Shown here piece by piece: positions 1-9,274 of a stretch of DNA of 64,000 bases. Source of the DNA: Chromatiales bacterium. Lineage in GTDB: Bacteria; Pseudomonadota; Gammaproteobacteria; JAHELT01. The notes below the pieces were generated by a model. It made no database searches and was not told the origin of the DNA. It worked only from the letters and a program-made list of their open reading frames with translations. Numbering within the stretch: the stretch's first letter is position 1; each line of letters opens with the position of its first letter. The stretch spans positions 1,974 through 65,973 of the forward strand of contig JAHELT010000004.1 in assembly GCA_024644045.1 (NCBI GenBank), written 5' to 3'. The position numbers were made by a program, and so were the translations under genes.

Positions 1-2
1 TT

Positions 3-1397
3 GACGCGGCGTATTGCAATGCACCGCTCTGCGCCCCCGCCCGCTACGTGTTCATGAGCGGGCGCCTGCCGACCCGGATCGATGCCTGGGACAACGCCTG
101 CGAGTTGTCTTCGGAGATTCCGACTTACGCTCATTACCTGGCGTTCCTGGGCTATCGCACGGCGTTGAGCGGAAAAATGCATTTCTGCGGCCCCGATCAG
201 CTGCACGGCTTCCACGAACGCCTGACCACCGATGTGTATCCTGCTGACTTCACCTGGACCCCGGACTGGGACGATCCCGCCCGTCCACTCGACTGGTATC
301 ACACCATGGAAGTCGTACGCGACGCGGGTGAGTGCCTGCGCTCGAGCTATCTGGATTATGACGACGAGGTCGCGTTCACCGCGCAGCGCTTCCTGTTTGA
401 TCGAGCGCGCCGTGGCAATCCGCAGCCGTTCTGTCTGACGGTCTCGTTCATCCACCCGCACGACCCGTACATCACACGCCCGGAGTACTGGAATCTGTAC
501 CCCGATAATGAGATCGACATGCCGCGAGTCGCGCCCGAATCGGTGACGCTGGACCCGCATTCGCGGCGCTTGCGCGATGCGATGGCCATGCACCGGGATA
601 TTTCACCGCAGCAGGTCCGCAACGCCAGGCGCGCCTACTACGGCTCGATTAGCTATGTCGATGATCAGATCGGCAAGCTGCTGCGTACACTGCACGAAGC
701 GGAGTTCGCGGACGACACGGTGGTCATTGTGACTTCCGATCACGGCGACATGCTGGGCGAGCGCGGGTTGTGGTTCAAGATGAACTGGTTCGAGCATTCG
801 GCGCGGGTACCGTTGATCGTTCATGCGCCCGGGCGGTTTACGCCGCGGCGGGTGCCGCAGGCGGTATCCCACGTCGATCTGTTACCGACCCTGGTAGAGC
901 TCGCCAGCGGCGGGCAAACGCTCGACTATCCGACGCCGCTGGACGGGCGCTCGCTGGTCACACACCTGCAGGGACGGGGCGGACATGACGAGGTGGTCGG
1001 CGAGTATTGCGCGGAAGGAACCAGCACACCTTGTTTCATGCTGCGCCGGGGACCCTGGAAGCTCATCTGCGCAGAGGGCGACCCCGTGCAGCTTTATCGC
1101 CTGGATGAAGATCCGCTGGAGCGGCACAACCTGGCCGACGCCGGGCGGTGCGATGCGCAGGCGGTCGAGCTGCTCGAGCTGTCCGAGCGGCGCTGGGACG
1201 TTGCGGCGCTTCGCGCGCGCATCCTGGAAAGCCAGCGGCGCCGGCGCTTCCTGGCACCGGTGATGCGTGAGCAGCAGGTCAGCTGGGACTATCAGCCGCA
1301 AGTCGCCGCGGCCCACGCCTACATCCGCAACAACATGAGTATCTTCGAGCTGGAATCGCGTGCGCGCTTCCCGGCCGCCCGGAAGCCGCGCGGATGA
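3..1397 (+). CDS. betC: Choline sulfatase (5' truncated by window edge)
   Basis: The frame is open from position 3 (DAAYCNAPLCAPARYVFMSGR) and contains the sulfatase CxPxR motif, LSGKMHF, SFIHPHDPY and SDHGDMLGERGLWFKM; the C-terminal WDYQP..YIRN segment is BetC-like. Confidence 0.9.
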   Translation, partial: DAAYCNAPLCAPARYVFMSGRLPTRIDAWDNACELSSEIPTYAHYLAFLGYRTALSGKMHFCGPDQLHGFHERLTTDVYPADFTWTPDWDDPARPLDWYHTMEVVRDAGECLRSSYLDYDDEVAFTAQRFLFDRARRGNPQPFCLTVSFIHPHDPYITRPEYWNLYPDNEIDMPRVAPESVTLDPHSRRLRDAMAMHRDISPQQVRNARRAYYGSISYVDDQIGKLLRTLHEAEFADDTVVIVTSDHGDMLGERGLWFKMNWFEHSARVPLIVHAPGRFTPRRVPQAVSHVDLLPTLVELASGGQTLDYPTPLDGRSLVTHLQGRGGHDEVVGEYCAEGTSTPCFMLRRGPWKLICAEGDPVQLYRLDEDPLERHNLADAGRCDAQAVELLELSERRWDVAALRARILESQRRRRFLAPVMREQQVSWDYQPQVAAAHAYIRNNMSIFELESRARFPAARKPRG

Positions 1398-2953
1398 GTA
1401 TCGCCTACGGCGCGCAGCAACCCTGCGACCGCGGCCGCATGCTCTGCGACGGCACGCCGGTGCCGTGCCCGCAACGCGACAAGCCGTGGGTGCTGTTCGT
1501 CGCGATCCTGGGTTCCAGCATGGCGTTTATCGAGGGCTCGGTCGTGAATCTCGCGCTGCCGTCGCTGCAGACCCATTTTGCTATCGCCTCCACACAGCTG
1601 CAGTGGGTGGTCAACGCCTACCTCCTGGTGCTGGGTTCGTTCATGCTGATCGGTGGCGCGGCCGGCGACCGGTTCGGCGTGCGCCGGGTGTTTGTTCTCG
1701 GTACCGTGGTGTTCGGCGTGGGCTCGCTGCTTGCAGCGCAGGCGCCGGAGCTGTCCTGGCTGCTGGCTGCGCGCCTCGTGCAGGGGCTGGGCGGCGCGCT
1801 CCTGGTGCCGTCCAGTCTGGCGCTGATCAGCACGCACTTCTCGGCGCACGAGCGCGGCCGTGCAATCGGCGCGTGGGCTTCGGCTTCGGCACTGACCACG
1901 GCACTGGGACCGCTCATCGGCGGCTGGCTCGTCGACCGTTACGCGTGGCCCGCGGTGTTCTACATTGTTCCGCCTGTCGCATTGCTGACGGTGTTCCTGA
2001 GCCTTTGGCGCGTACCGCGCAGCGTTACGGTCGACGGTCGGGTGGACTATGCCGGCGGCCTGCTCCTGGCCCTCGCTTGCGGTGCGTTCATCTACGCGCT
2101 CGTGGTCGATGCGGGTGTCGCGACGCGCGCGGCCATCTTCGCGCTCGCTCTGGCGGCTGCGGTGCTGTTCGTCTGGCGCGAGCATCGTGTCAAAGCGCCC
2201 ATGTTGCCGCTCGAGCTGTTTCGCTCGCGAGCCTTCAGCGGCAGCAACGCGATGACGCTGCTGCTGTACGGCGCGCTCAGCGGTGCGCTGTTTTTTCTGC
2301 CCTTCAACCTGATTCAGGTGCAGGGATTCAGTGCGCTGGAGGCGGGCGCGGCTTTTCTGCCGTTCACGCTGTTGCTGGGGTTCGGCTCGCGTTTTGCCGG
2401 GTCGTTGCTCGGCAGCGTCTCACCGCGAACGCTTCTCTCGAGTGGGGCCTTTGTGGCGGGGCTGGGATTCGTTGCGCTGGCCTTGCCGGGCCGCGATGCC
2501 GCCTACTTCAGCGGATTTTTCCCCGGGATCGCATTGATTGGCGTGGGCATGACGGCCAGTGTGGCGCCGCTGACGACCGTGGTGATGAACGCGGTTTCCG
2601 ATGCGCAGGCCGGCGTCGCCTCGGGCGTGAACAACACCGCCGCGCGTTTGGCCGGTGTGTTTGCCGTCGCCGCGATGAGCGTGCTGGCGGTCAGCGTGTT
2701 TTCGGCCGCGCTAGAGTCGCGGCTCGACGCGCTGGCGCTCGCGCCCGACCGGGTTGGCGCGCTGCTCGCCGATGCCGACAAGCTGGCGGAGCTCGCGCCG
2801 GCCAACGGGGACGCGGACATCCTTGCCGCGATCGACGCTGCGTTCGTGACAGCGTTTCGCTCGGTGACCGTGCTGTGCGGCGTGCTGGCGATGTGCGGTT
2901 CGGCGATCGCCTGGTTCAGCCTGCGCGCCACGGCGCCGCTCGAGGAGCCGTAA
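1394..2953 (+). CDS. MFS transporter, DHA2 (14-TMS) family
   Basis: Hydrophobic helices, motif A GGAAGDRFGVRR, LQWVVNAY, GPLIGG; ATGA overlap with betC. Confidence 0.9.
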   Translation: MSIAYGAQQPCDRGRMLCDGTPVPCPQRDKPWVLFVAILGSSMAFIEGSVVNLALPSLQTHFAIASTQLQWVVNAYLLVLGSFMLIGGAAGDRFGVRRVFVLGTVVFGVGSLLAAQAPELSWLLAARLVQGLGGALLVPSSLALISTHFSAHERGRAIGAWASASALTTALGPLIGGWLVDRYAWPAVFYIVPPVALLTVFLSLWRVPRSVTVDGRVDYAGGLLLALACGAFIYALVVDAGVATRAAIFALALAAAVLFVWREHRVKAPMLPLELFRSRAFSGSNAMTLLLYGALSGALFFLPFNLIQVQGFSALEAGAAFLPFTLLLGFGSRFAGSLLGSVSPRTLLSSGAFVAGLGFVALALPGRDAAYFSGFFPGIALIGVGMTASVAPLTTVVMNAVSDAQAGVASGVNNTAARLAGVFAVAAMSVLAVSVFSAALESRLDALALAPDRVGALLADADKLAELAPANGDADILAAIDAAFVTAFRSVTVLCGVLAMCGSAIAWFSLRATAPLEEP

Positions 2954-2955
2954 AG

Positions 2956-4131
2956 ATGAACATGCAAACACCGCCGCGGCGCGGATTTCCGGCCGCCGAG
3001 TTCGAGTCACGTGTCGAGGCGGCCCAGCGCATGCTGCGGGCGCAGGCGCTCGATGCGCTGCTGCTGACTACCGAGCCCGAGTTCCGCTACTTCAGCGGCT
3101 TCCACAGCGATTTCTGGCTCAGCCCGACGCGCCCGTGGTATCTGCTGGTGCCGCTGCGCGCCCGGCCGATTGCCATCATTCCGGAGATCGGCGCCGCCAG
3201 CATGCGGGGCACCTGGGTCGAAGATATCCGCACCTGGCCGTCGCCCGTTCCCGAGGACGACGGCATCTCGCTGTTGCTGGCGGCGCTGGGGGAAGTCAGC
3301 GTTCGCTTCGGCACGATCGGCGTGCCAATGGGCGCGGAAACTCACGTGCGCATGCCGCTGAACGATTTCCAGCGTCTGCGCGACGGCCTGCCCGGCAAGC
3401 GCTTTGCGGACGCAACCTCGATCGTGCGTACGCTGCGCATGCGTAAATCCGAAGCCGAGATCGACAAGCTGCGCCATGTGTGCGGCTGTGTTTCCGATGC
3501 TTTCGAAGCGTTTCCGAAAGTCGCCACGGCGGGCGCCACGGAAGCCGAGCTGTTCCGCGCGTTCCGCATCGAGCTGCTGCGCTGCGGCGTGGACAAGTCC
3601 CCGTACCTGGTCGGCGCCGCCGGGGCGGGCGGGTACCGCGACATCATCAAGCAGCCGAGCGACGCCGAGGTCGTCCCGGGAGACGTGCTGATTTTCGATA
3701 CCGGCTCGGTGTTCGATGGCTACTACAGCGACTTCGACCGGAATTTTTCGTTCGGCGTGGCCGATCCCGCCGCGCGCAGCGCCTACGACGTCGTGTACCG
3801 GGCTACGGATGCCGGCCTTGCCGAGGTGCGTCCGGGGGTGACCACCAGCACGTTGTGGCGGACCATGGCCAGGGTACTGGAAGAGGGCGGCTCGCGGGGC
3901 GACAATGTGGGCCGCTTCGGCCACGGGCTCGGCATGCAGCTCACCGAATGGCCGTCCAACATGCCGGGCGACGAGACCGTGCTGCAGCCCGGTATGGTGC
4001 TGACGCTCGAACCCGGTATGGTGTTCGGCGACGGCAAGCTGATGGTGCATGAGGAGAACCTGGTGGTGCGCGAGGACGGCTACGAGCTGCTGTCGCGGCG
4101 TGCTGCACCGGAGATGAAGGTAATACAGTGA
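2956..4131 (+). CDS. Xaa-Pro peptidase / M24 family hydrolase
   Basis: Creatinase-like N-terminal domain plus pita-bread fold ligands DTG, SDFDR, GHGLG, LEPG, HEEN. The ATG at 2956 lies just after the MFS stop. Confidence 0.85.
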   Translation: MNMQTPPRRGFPAAEFESRVEAAQRMLRAQALDALLLTTEPEFRYFSGFHSDFWLSPTRPWYLLVPLRARPIAIIPEIGAASMRGTWVEDIRTWPSPVPEDDGISLLLAALGEVSVRFGTIGVPMGAETHVRMPLNDFQRLRDGLPGKRFADATSIVRTLRMRKSEAEIDKLRHVCGCVSDAFEAFPKVATAGATEAELFRAFRIELLRCGVDKSPYLVGAAGAGGYRDIIKQPSDAEVVPGDVLIFDTGSVFDGYYSDFDRNFSFGVADPAARSAYDVVYRATDAGLAEVRPGVTTSTLWRTMARVLEEGGSRGDNVGRFGHGLGMQLTEWPSNMPGDETVLQPGMVLTLEPGMVFGDGKLMVHEENLVVREDGYELLSRRAAPEMKVIQ

Positions 4132-4141
4132 ACCGACTGCA

Positions 4142-4291
4142 GTGACGGATTCGTACACTTGTTTCGCCGCGCGCTCCGCGGTAAGCCTGGATGCCGGCAG
4201 CCGTGTGCTCGTGATTGAGACCGAGGGCGCGACCGTCCCGTTAAACCACCGAAAGCTCGTCGGGCGCGACGCCGCTGACGTGGGCGGTTGA
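4142..4291 (+). pseudogene. C-terminal relic of diaminopropionate ammonia-lyase (DpaL-like)
   Basis: Translates to ...SLDAGSRVLVIETEGATVPLNHRKLVGRDAADVGG*, resembling the DpaL C-terminal LD..SRVL.I.TEGATDP..Y..LVG; the rest of the gene is absent. Confidence 0.6.
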
Positions 4292-4299
4292 GCTGCGCT

Positions 4300-5268
4300 A
4301 TGCCGGTACGCCAGACCTGCGCCGATGCCGCGTTGCACTATGCCGGTAACGACATCGACCGTGCCGCGCTGCAACGCAAAGATCCCGAGTGGCTTGCTGC
4401 GCAGCTGGCACACCCGGAAACGTTGCTCATGCCGGTGTGGCGCAATCGTAACCTGATCGCCGGCATGCCGTGCGGGGCACCCGCCGCGGCGACGTTGCTG
4501 CGCACGTCGGGTGACGAGGTCACCGCCGTCGCTGCGGAACCGGTGTTTCTCGGCTTGCGTAAGGCGACGGCGATTTACGCGATCGACCTGTCGGTGTGTG
4601 AGGAACCGCTGGCCGAACGCCTGGCCGGTGATCATCAGTTCGTCGATCTGCGCCTTGCCGGGCCGTTGATGAGCCTGTCCGAAGCCGCGTTGTGTGCCTA
4701 TGCGCGCGGCATGGTCTACTGGCATCGTCACCACGGCTTCTGCAGCAACTGCGGTCGGGCGACGCGGCCGGAGCAAGGCGGCCAGATGCGCCAATGCACC
4801 GCCTGCAAGCGCACCAGTTTCCCGCGTACGGATCCCGCAGTGATCATGCTGGTGATCTGTGATAACGGCGACGGTCCCGCGAGATGCCTGCTCGGCCGCG
4901 ACCCGCGCTGGCCAAGCGGCGCTTACTCGACGCTGGCGGGCTTCGTCGAACCCGGCGAATCCCTGGAAGAGGCGGTCACGCGCGAAGTATTCGAGGAAAG
5001 CGGCGTGCGTGTGCACGACGTCACGTATCTGGGCTCGCAACCCTGGCCGTTCCCCTCATCGATCATGCTCGGCTTTCGCGCGCAGGCTCACTCGATGGCG
5101 TTGCAGCTGGACCCGGACGAAGTCGAGGATGCGCAATGGTTCACCGCAGCGCAGATCAGACAGTTCGGCGAATGGGGCGACCGCAACGCCGCGCTGAAAG
5201 TTCCACGGCGCGATTCGATCGCGCGATTTCTGATCGACACCTGGGTGGCTGAGCAGGAGCGGCTATGA
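4300..5268 (+). CDS. nudC: NAD(H) diphosphatase NudC
   Basis: Zn ribbon CSNCG..CTAC, FPRTDPAVI, Nudix box GFVEPGESLEEAVTREVFEESG, and the SQPWPFPSS signature. Confidence 0.92.
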   Translation: MPVRQTCADAALHYAGNDIDRAALQRKDPEWLAAQLAHPETLLMPVWRNRNLIAGMPCGAPAAATLLRTSGDEVTAVAAEPVFLGLRKATAIYAIDLSVCEEPLAERLAGDHQFVDLRLAGPLMSLSEAALCAYARGMVYWHRHHGFCSNCGRATRPEQGGQMRQCTACKRTSFPRTDPAVIMLVICDNGDGPARCLLGRDPRWPSGAYSTLAGFVEPGESLEEAVTREVFEESGVRVHDVTYLGSQPWPFPSSIMLGFRAQAHSMALQLDPDEVEDAQWFTAAQIRQFGEWGDRNAALKVPRRDSIARFLIDTWVAEQERL

Positions 5269-6377
5269 GCAGTGAAAGCGGCGAGCCGTTGCCGCTGAGC
5301 GGCGTGCGCGTGGTGGACTTTTCAACCCTGCTGCCGGGTCCGCTGGCGACCCTGCTGCTGGCCGAGGCCGGGGCCGAGGTGATCAAGATAGAGCGACCCG
5401 GCAGCGGTGAGGACATGCGCGGATTTGCGCCGTTTCGCGACGGCGAGGCGGTCAACTTTGCGCTGCTCAACCGCGGTAAGCGCAGCGTCGCGCTCGATCT
5501 CAAGGACCCGGGCAGCCGCGCGGAGCTGGAAGGGTTGCTGCGCGATGCGGACGTGCTGGTCGAGCAATTCCGCCCGGGCGTGATGCAGCGCCTGCGCCTC
5601 GACTATGCAAGCGTGCAGTCGATCAATCCACGCATCGTCTACTGCTCGATCACCGGGTACGGTCAGTCCGGCGCGCGCGCGAACCGCGCTGGCCACGATC
5701 TCAACTACCTCGCCGACACCGGCATGCTTGCGCTCAGCGGCGACGCACAGGGCGCGCCCGTGAATCCACCCGCTCTGATCGCCGATATCGCCGGTGGCAG
5801 CTATCCCGCGGTGATGAATATCCTCCTGGCGCTGCGCAAGCGGGACCTGACCGGTACCGGCAGCCGGCTGGATATCTCGATGACCGACAATCTGTTTCCA
5901 CTGATGTTCTGGGCGCTGGCTGAATCCATCGCGGGTAACGCCGTTCCGGAACGCGGCACGGGCTGGTGCACGGGCGGATCGCCGCGTTACCGGATCTACC
6001 GCACCGCCGATGGCGGGCACGTGGCGGTGGCAGCGCTGGAGGATCGCTTCTGGTCGACGTTCTGCGCGGTGGTCGAGCTGCCGGCGGCGCTGCGCGATGA
6101 TCACCACGACCCCGCTGCAACCGCCGCCTGGATCGCTGATGCGATTGCCGCCAAGCCGGCCCGCCACTGGGCTGCGGTTTTTGAGCAGGCCGACTGTTGC
6201 TGCAACGTCGTGCGTTCGCTGCAGGAGGTAATGCACGACGCGCACTATGCCGAGCGTGGCGTTTTCGCCCGGCGACTGCGCCTTGGCACAGCGAGCGTGA
6301 GCGCGTTGCCAGTGCCGCTGGTTGCCGCCTTCTGTAACGTCGAGACGCGTCCTGCGCCAGGCCTCGACGAGGACTAG
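5265..6377 (+). CDS. CaiB/BaiF family III CoA-transferase (alpha-methylacyl-CoA racemase-like)
   Basis: LLPGP, GAEVIKIE, NRGKRS, EQFRPG, GHDLNY, ADIAGG motifs. Confidence 0.9.
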   Translation: MSSESGEPLPLSGVRVVDFSTLLPGPLATLLLAEAGAEVIKIERPGSGEDMRGFAPFRDGEAVNFALLNRGKRSVALDLKDPGSRAELEGLLRDADVLVEQFRPGVMQRLRLDYASVQSINPRIVYCSITGYGQSGARANRAGHDLNYLADTGMLALSGDAQGAPVNPPALIADIAGGSYPAVMNILLALRKRDLTGTGSRLDISMTDNLFPLMFWALAESIAGNAVPERGTGWCTGGSPRYRIYRTADGGHVAVAALEDRFWSTFCAVVELPAALRDDHHDPAATAAWIADAIAAKPARHWAAVFEQADCCCNVVRSLQEVMHDAHYAERGVFARRLRLGTASVSALPVPLVAAFCNVETRPAPGLDED

Positions 6378-6521
6378 AGGTGGCTGGAATGCCTCGCACA
6401 TGCCGACTGCGCAGCCGGGGCGGGTGCCCGAGGCCTCATCATGGCGCCGTACGAGACGCCGTCGAATAGCGCGATCTGCTGGCACGAAGACGTTGTTCTG
6501 AGCGGGCCCGAACCGGGGCGG

Positions 6522-7973
6522 TCAGAAAATGGAAAAGTACTCGCGCTGCTCCCAGTCGCTGACGCTCGACAGGTAGCGTGCGATCTCTGCCGTCTTGATG
6601 GTCAGCAGGTAGTCGACGAACTGGTCTCCGAGCGCGCCGCGCAGCACGGCGTCCTGACGCAGCGCCTCGACCGCACTCATCAGGTCGCCGGGCAGGGGCG
6701 CGGCGTCGCTGGCATAGGGGGTTGCCGTGTAGGTGCAGGCCGGATAGCGCTTTTCAAGACCGAGCACGCCGCTCGTGATCTGTGACGCCAGGTACAGATA
6801 AGGGTTCGCGGCCGGATCCCCGACCCGATTCTCCACCCGCGTCTGCGGGTCGTTGAAGCCGCCGACGATGCGCACCATCGCGCCGCGGTTGTCGAGCGAC
6901 GCGACGGCGCGGTCCGGCGCCAGGGAAAACGGTTTGTAACGCTTGTAGCCGTTGATGGTAGGCGTCGTGAGCACGCAAGCGGCGGCGGCGTGCTTCACGA
7001 GCCCGGCCACGAATCGGTCGCCCGTGCGCGAGAGCGGCGTCGCGTCGCTCTCCGGCACGAAAGCGTTTACCCCGCTGTCGGTATGCAGCAGCGACTGGTG
7101 CAGGTGCCAGCCGCTGGAAAACAGATTGGCACCCTGCGGGCGGCACATGAAGGTCGCGTGCAGCCCGTTGCGTTGACAGATCTGCTTCACCGCGTTGCGG
7201 AACAGCACGGTGTTGTCCGCCGTGGCGAGGCCGGATTGCGGGTGAAAGGTGAACTCACACTGACTCGGCCCGAACTCGACCTCCATCGAGCGCAGCGGCA
7301 GATCCAGCGCCTGCAGCTGACCGCGCAGCAGCTCGAACACAGGCTCGAACTCGTCGAGCCGTGCTTCGGTCAGGTACTGGTAGCCCTGAGTGATGAGCTC
7401 GAACGCCGGGGTCGCGCCGGGCTGCGTGGCGTGCTCCGGCTGCAGCCGCGTCTCCAGCGGCTTGAAGATGTGAAACTCCAGCTCCAGCCCGCTCACGTAG
7501 TCGAACCCGGCCTCGGCCAGGCGCTGCAGCGCCAGCTGGCACACCCGCCGCGCGGAGAAAGGCACGGGCTCGCCGGTCTGGAAGTAGATGTCACACAGCA
7601 GCCAGCCGCAGCGCGATGCCCACGGCAGCACTTTGAACGAGCCCGGATCGGGGACCATGACGAAATCGCCGCCGCCGGTCATTTCCGGCTGCCCGAGACC
7701 GCCGCCCTGCGCCCAGACGGGGTAGACGGTGCGGTGCGAGGTGTCCTTGGCGAGCAGCGTGGTGGTGATGGTGCAGCCGTTGCGCAGCGCGGCCGCCAGC
7801 CCGTCCACGGTGATGCTCTTGCCACGCAGTATCCCGTGCTGATCGACGAACGACAGGCGGATGGTCTGCAGGTCGCTTTCCCGTGCCTGTTGCACGACCC
7901 GCTCGGCCGCCGCACGCTGTTCGGTACTCCACAGGCCGTGCTCCAGAATGAAGCCGTGACGCCCGACGCTCAC
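6522..7973 (-). CDS. Glutamine synthetase-like protein (gamma-glutamylating ligase)
   Basis: DQHGILRGK, GLELEF, EFGPSQCE, SSGWHLHQS, DNRGAMVR, VENRVGDPAANPY; GTG start at 7973 overlaps the Rieske gene stop. Confidence 0.88.
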   Translation of the reverse strand: MSVGRHGFILEHGLWSTEQRAAAERVVQQARESDLQTIRLSFVDQHGILRGKSITVDGLAAALRNGCTITTTLLAKDTSHRTVYPVWAQGGGLGQPEMTGGGDFVMVPDPGSFKVLPWASRCGWLLCDIYFQTGEPVPFSARRVCQLALQRLAEAGFDYVSGLELEFHIFKPLETRLQPEHATQPGATPAFELITQGYQYLTEARLDEFEPVFELLRGQLQALDLPLRSMEVEFGPSQCEFTFHPQSGLATADNTVLFRNAVKQICQRNGLHATFMCRPQGANLFSSGWHLHQSLLHTDSGVNAFVPESDATPLSRTGDRFVAGLVKHAAAACVLTTPTINGYKRYKPFSLAPDRAVASLDNRGAMVRIVGGFNDPQTRVENRVGDPAANPYLYLASQITSGVLGLEKRYPACTYTATPYASDAAPLPGDLMSAVEALRQDAVLRGALGDQFVDYLLTIKTAEIARYLSSVSDWEQREYFSIF

Positions 7974-9271
7974 ACCCGCGCCTCGGCCCAGCTGCAGGCT
8001 ATGCGGCGTTCGCGCTCGCTGCTGCGCCACGCACGCTGCCAGTCGGCGAGGTTGACGATGTCGTCAAGGGCCAACACCTCGCTGTGGGAATGGCCCTGCA
8101 GCGGCGGGGCATCGCCGTTCTCGACTGCGGCCACTGCGCCAAGCAGCGCGCGACGGTAGGCGCGGATGGCGACGTCGCTTTTCGCCAGGTGCTCGCGGGT
8201 GCGGTCCTGAATGCGGCCCAACGACTCCACGGCCCACTGGTCGTGCACGTTGATATCGTCGCCCATTCCCGTGTAGGTGCGCGTAGCCTGTTCCTCGGGG
8301 TCGTAGCCGTAGTCGTTGCTGCGGTTGAGGCGCGGCCGGTAGTCGGGCAAGGTGTAGAGCTGCAGGCGCTGCTCGAGCATGCGGCGCTTGTCCACCGGCT
8401 CGCCGAAGCTGGTGAAGATCGCGTACCAGTAGCAGCTCTCGTCGTCGATCGGGACATGCCACTGCGTGATGGTCATTTCGTGGCTCATCGGAATCACGAT
8501 GGCCTGGGGGAACACCTGATTGGTGATCCGCACGTGCGCGCGCTGCGCGTCCAGCGGACGCAGCGCCGCGATGCGCAGGCCGAAATCAGTTTGCTCGACG
8601 GTGATCTGCGGCCGCGAGTGCTCGCGCAGGAGGCGCGTCACCGGAATCTGCTCGAGCGGCGTGTGGTCTCGGAACTGCCGGCCGTATCCGGATTCGTCCG
8701 CCTCGTCCTCGAAAAAGCGGTGCAGGAACGAGGCGTGCGCGGGGTCGATGCCGACTTCCAGCGCCTGCAGCCAGTTACACTCGATGAGCCCCTTGAAGGC
8801 AAACGTGTGGGCATCCGGCGCGTGCAGGCAGTCCAGATTCGGCAGCGGCGGTGCGGCACCGCCGCCCAGATGGGCGAACACGATCCCGTTGCGGGCCACG
8901 CACGGGTAAGCCGTCTGTCGGATGCGCGTACGGTAGTCGCTTTCGGGCGGCTCGGCGGGCTGCTCCAGGCAGGCGCCGTGCGTATCGAACAGCCAGCCGT
9001 GAAAGGCGCAGCGCAGCCCGCCGTCTTCCAGGCGGCCGAAGCACAGGTCGGCCCCGCGGTGCGGGCAATGCCGGTCGAGCAGCCCGTAGGCGCCGTGCTC
9101 GTCCCGGAACGCCACCAGTTGCTCGCCCAGCAGACGAATCGGCAGCACGGGCCGCGCGCCCTCGAACTCCGCCTCCAGGGCCACCGGCTGCCAGTAGCGA
9201 CGCAGCAGCGCGCCTGCCGGGGAGTCGGCGCCGGTTCGCGTGATGCGTTCGTTATCTTCGGCGCTGAGCAT
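7970..9271 (-). CDS. Rieske non-heme iron oxygenase alpha subunit (phthalate 4,5-dioxygenase/LigX-like)
   Basis: Rieske motif CPHRG..CAFHGW, mononuclear Fe motif EVGIDPAHASFLH, and DQWAVES. Confidence 0.9.
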   Translation of the reverse strand: MLSAEDNERITRTGADSPAGALLRRYWQPVALEAEFEGARPVLPIRLLGEQLVAFRDEHGAYGLLDRHCPHRGADLCFGRLEDGGLRCAFHGWLFDTHGACLEQPAEPPESDYRTRIRQTAYPCVARNGIVFAHLGGGAAPPLPNLDCLHAPDAHTFAFKGLIECNWLQALEVGIDPAHASFLHRFFEDEADESGYGRQFRDHTPLEQIPVTRLLREHSRPQITVEQTDFGLRIAALRPLDAQRAHVRITNQVFPQAIVIPMSHEMTITQWHVPIDDESCYWYAIFTSFGEPVDKRRMLEQRLQLYTLPDYRPRLNRSNDYGYDPEEQATRTYTGMGDDINVHDQWAVESLGRIQDRTREHLAKSDVAIRAYRRALLGAVAAVENGDAPPLQGHSHSEVLALDDIVNLADWQRAWRSSERERRIACSWAEARV

Positions 9272-9274
9272 CGA

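Noticed and set aside
1360-2955. Long N-terminal extension making a 923-aa M24 peptidase ORF
   Set aside because: It is an Arg-rich off-frame read-through of the MFS gene; the peptidase domain starts at the ATG at 2956.
2956-4131. Specific call as DMSP lyase DddP or ectoine hydrolase DoeA
   Set aside because: Same M24 fold, but no diagnostic features or pathway context could be verified by eye.
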